Of a DNA stretch of 64,000 nucleotides, positions 63,850 to 64,000 are shown piece by piece. A model generated the notes under the pieces. The model was not told the DNA's origin, ran no database searches, and saw nothing but the letters and a program-made list of their open reading frames with translations. Origin of the DNA: Octopus sinensis. Taxonomy: Eukaryota. Position numbers and translations under genes: made by a program. Positions within the stretch are counted from its first letter, which is position 1, and every line of letters starts with the position of its first letter. The stretch is from positions 179,862,001-179,926,000 of the forward strand of contig NC_042998.1 in assembly GCF_006345805.1 (NCBI RefSeq), read 5' to 3'.

Positions 63850-64000
63850 GCTAGCCACTAGACATTCTTTATTTTTTCTCCTTGTTTCTTTCTGTGTTTC
63901 TTTCTGTGGAAGAGCGTGGGCTCGAAACGTTAAAGACCTTTTCACTTCCCGTTAAACTAATACATCTTTTGTCGTCTACACCACTTGTCTTCGTCTTTTG
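63850..64000 (+). mobile_element. Penelope-like terminal repeat with hammerhead-like variant
   Basis: tcttt-CTGTGGA-a-gagc gtgg gctc-GAAA-CGTT-aaaga. Confidence 0.55.

Overview
AT-rich, repeat-saturated eukaryotic DNA. The SINE families and microsatellite spectrum suggest an octopus or other coleoid cephalopod (inference). No host protein-coding gene can be supported. Two weak micro-exon candidates lie on +, so the window may be intronic or intergenic. Most ORFs in the track are microsatellite artefacts. The recognisable content is mobile DNA. SINEs: tRNA-headed families labelled here A1, A2, B, C, D and E. Non-LTR relics: several RLE-type (R4/Dong-like) LINEs, one spanning about 3 kb from RT to endonuclease, plus 3' ends of a CR1 and an RTE LINE. 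Penelope-like pieces carry minimal hammerhead ribozyme motifs. Other elements: a Ty3/Gypsy relic lacking RT-RNaseH, Helitrons, and mariner, hAT, Merlin/MuDR-like and TTAA-flanked MITEs. There is also a 100-N gap. Four observations stand out. (1) An ORF1-only, TSD-flanked L1/Tx1-like element (HAL1-like) is nested in the Gypsy LTR, and its 3' tail is shared with SINE A1. (2) A1 has inserted twice, apparently independently, at the same site inside related A2 SINEs, hinting at a site-specific LINE/SINE system. (3) A ~360-bp near-perfect palindrome carries an intact minimal hammerhead on each strand. (4) An RLE-LINE family sits in (CATA)n arrays and also carries an expandable (CATA)n seed. All coordinates and alignments were read by eye; no database searches were run.
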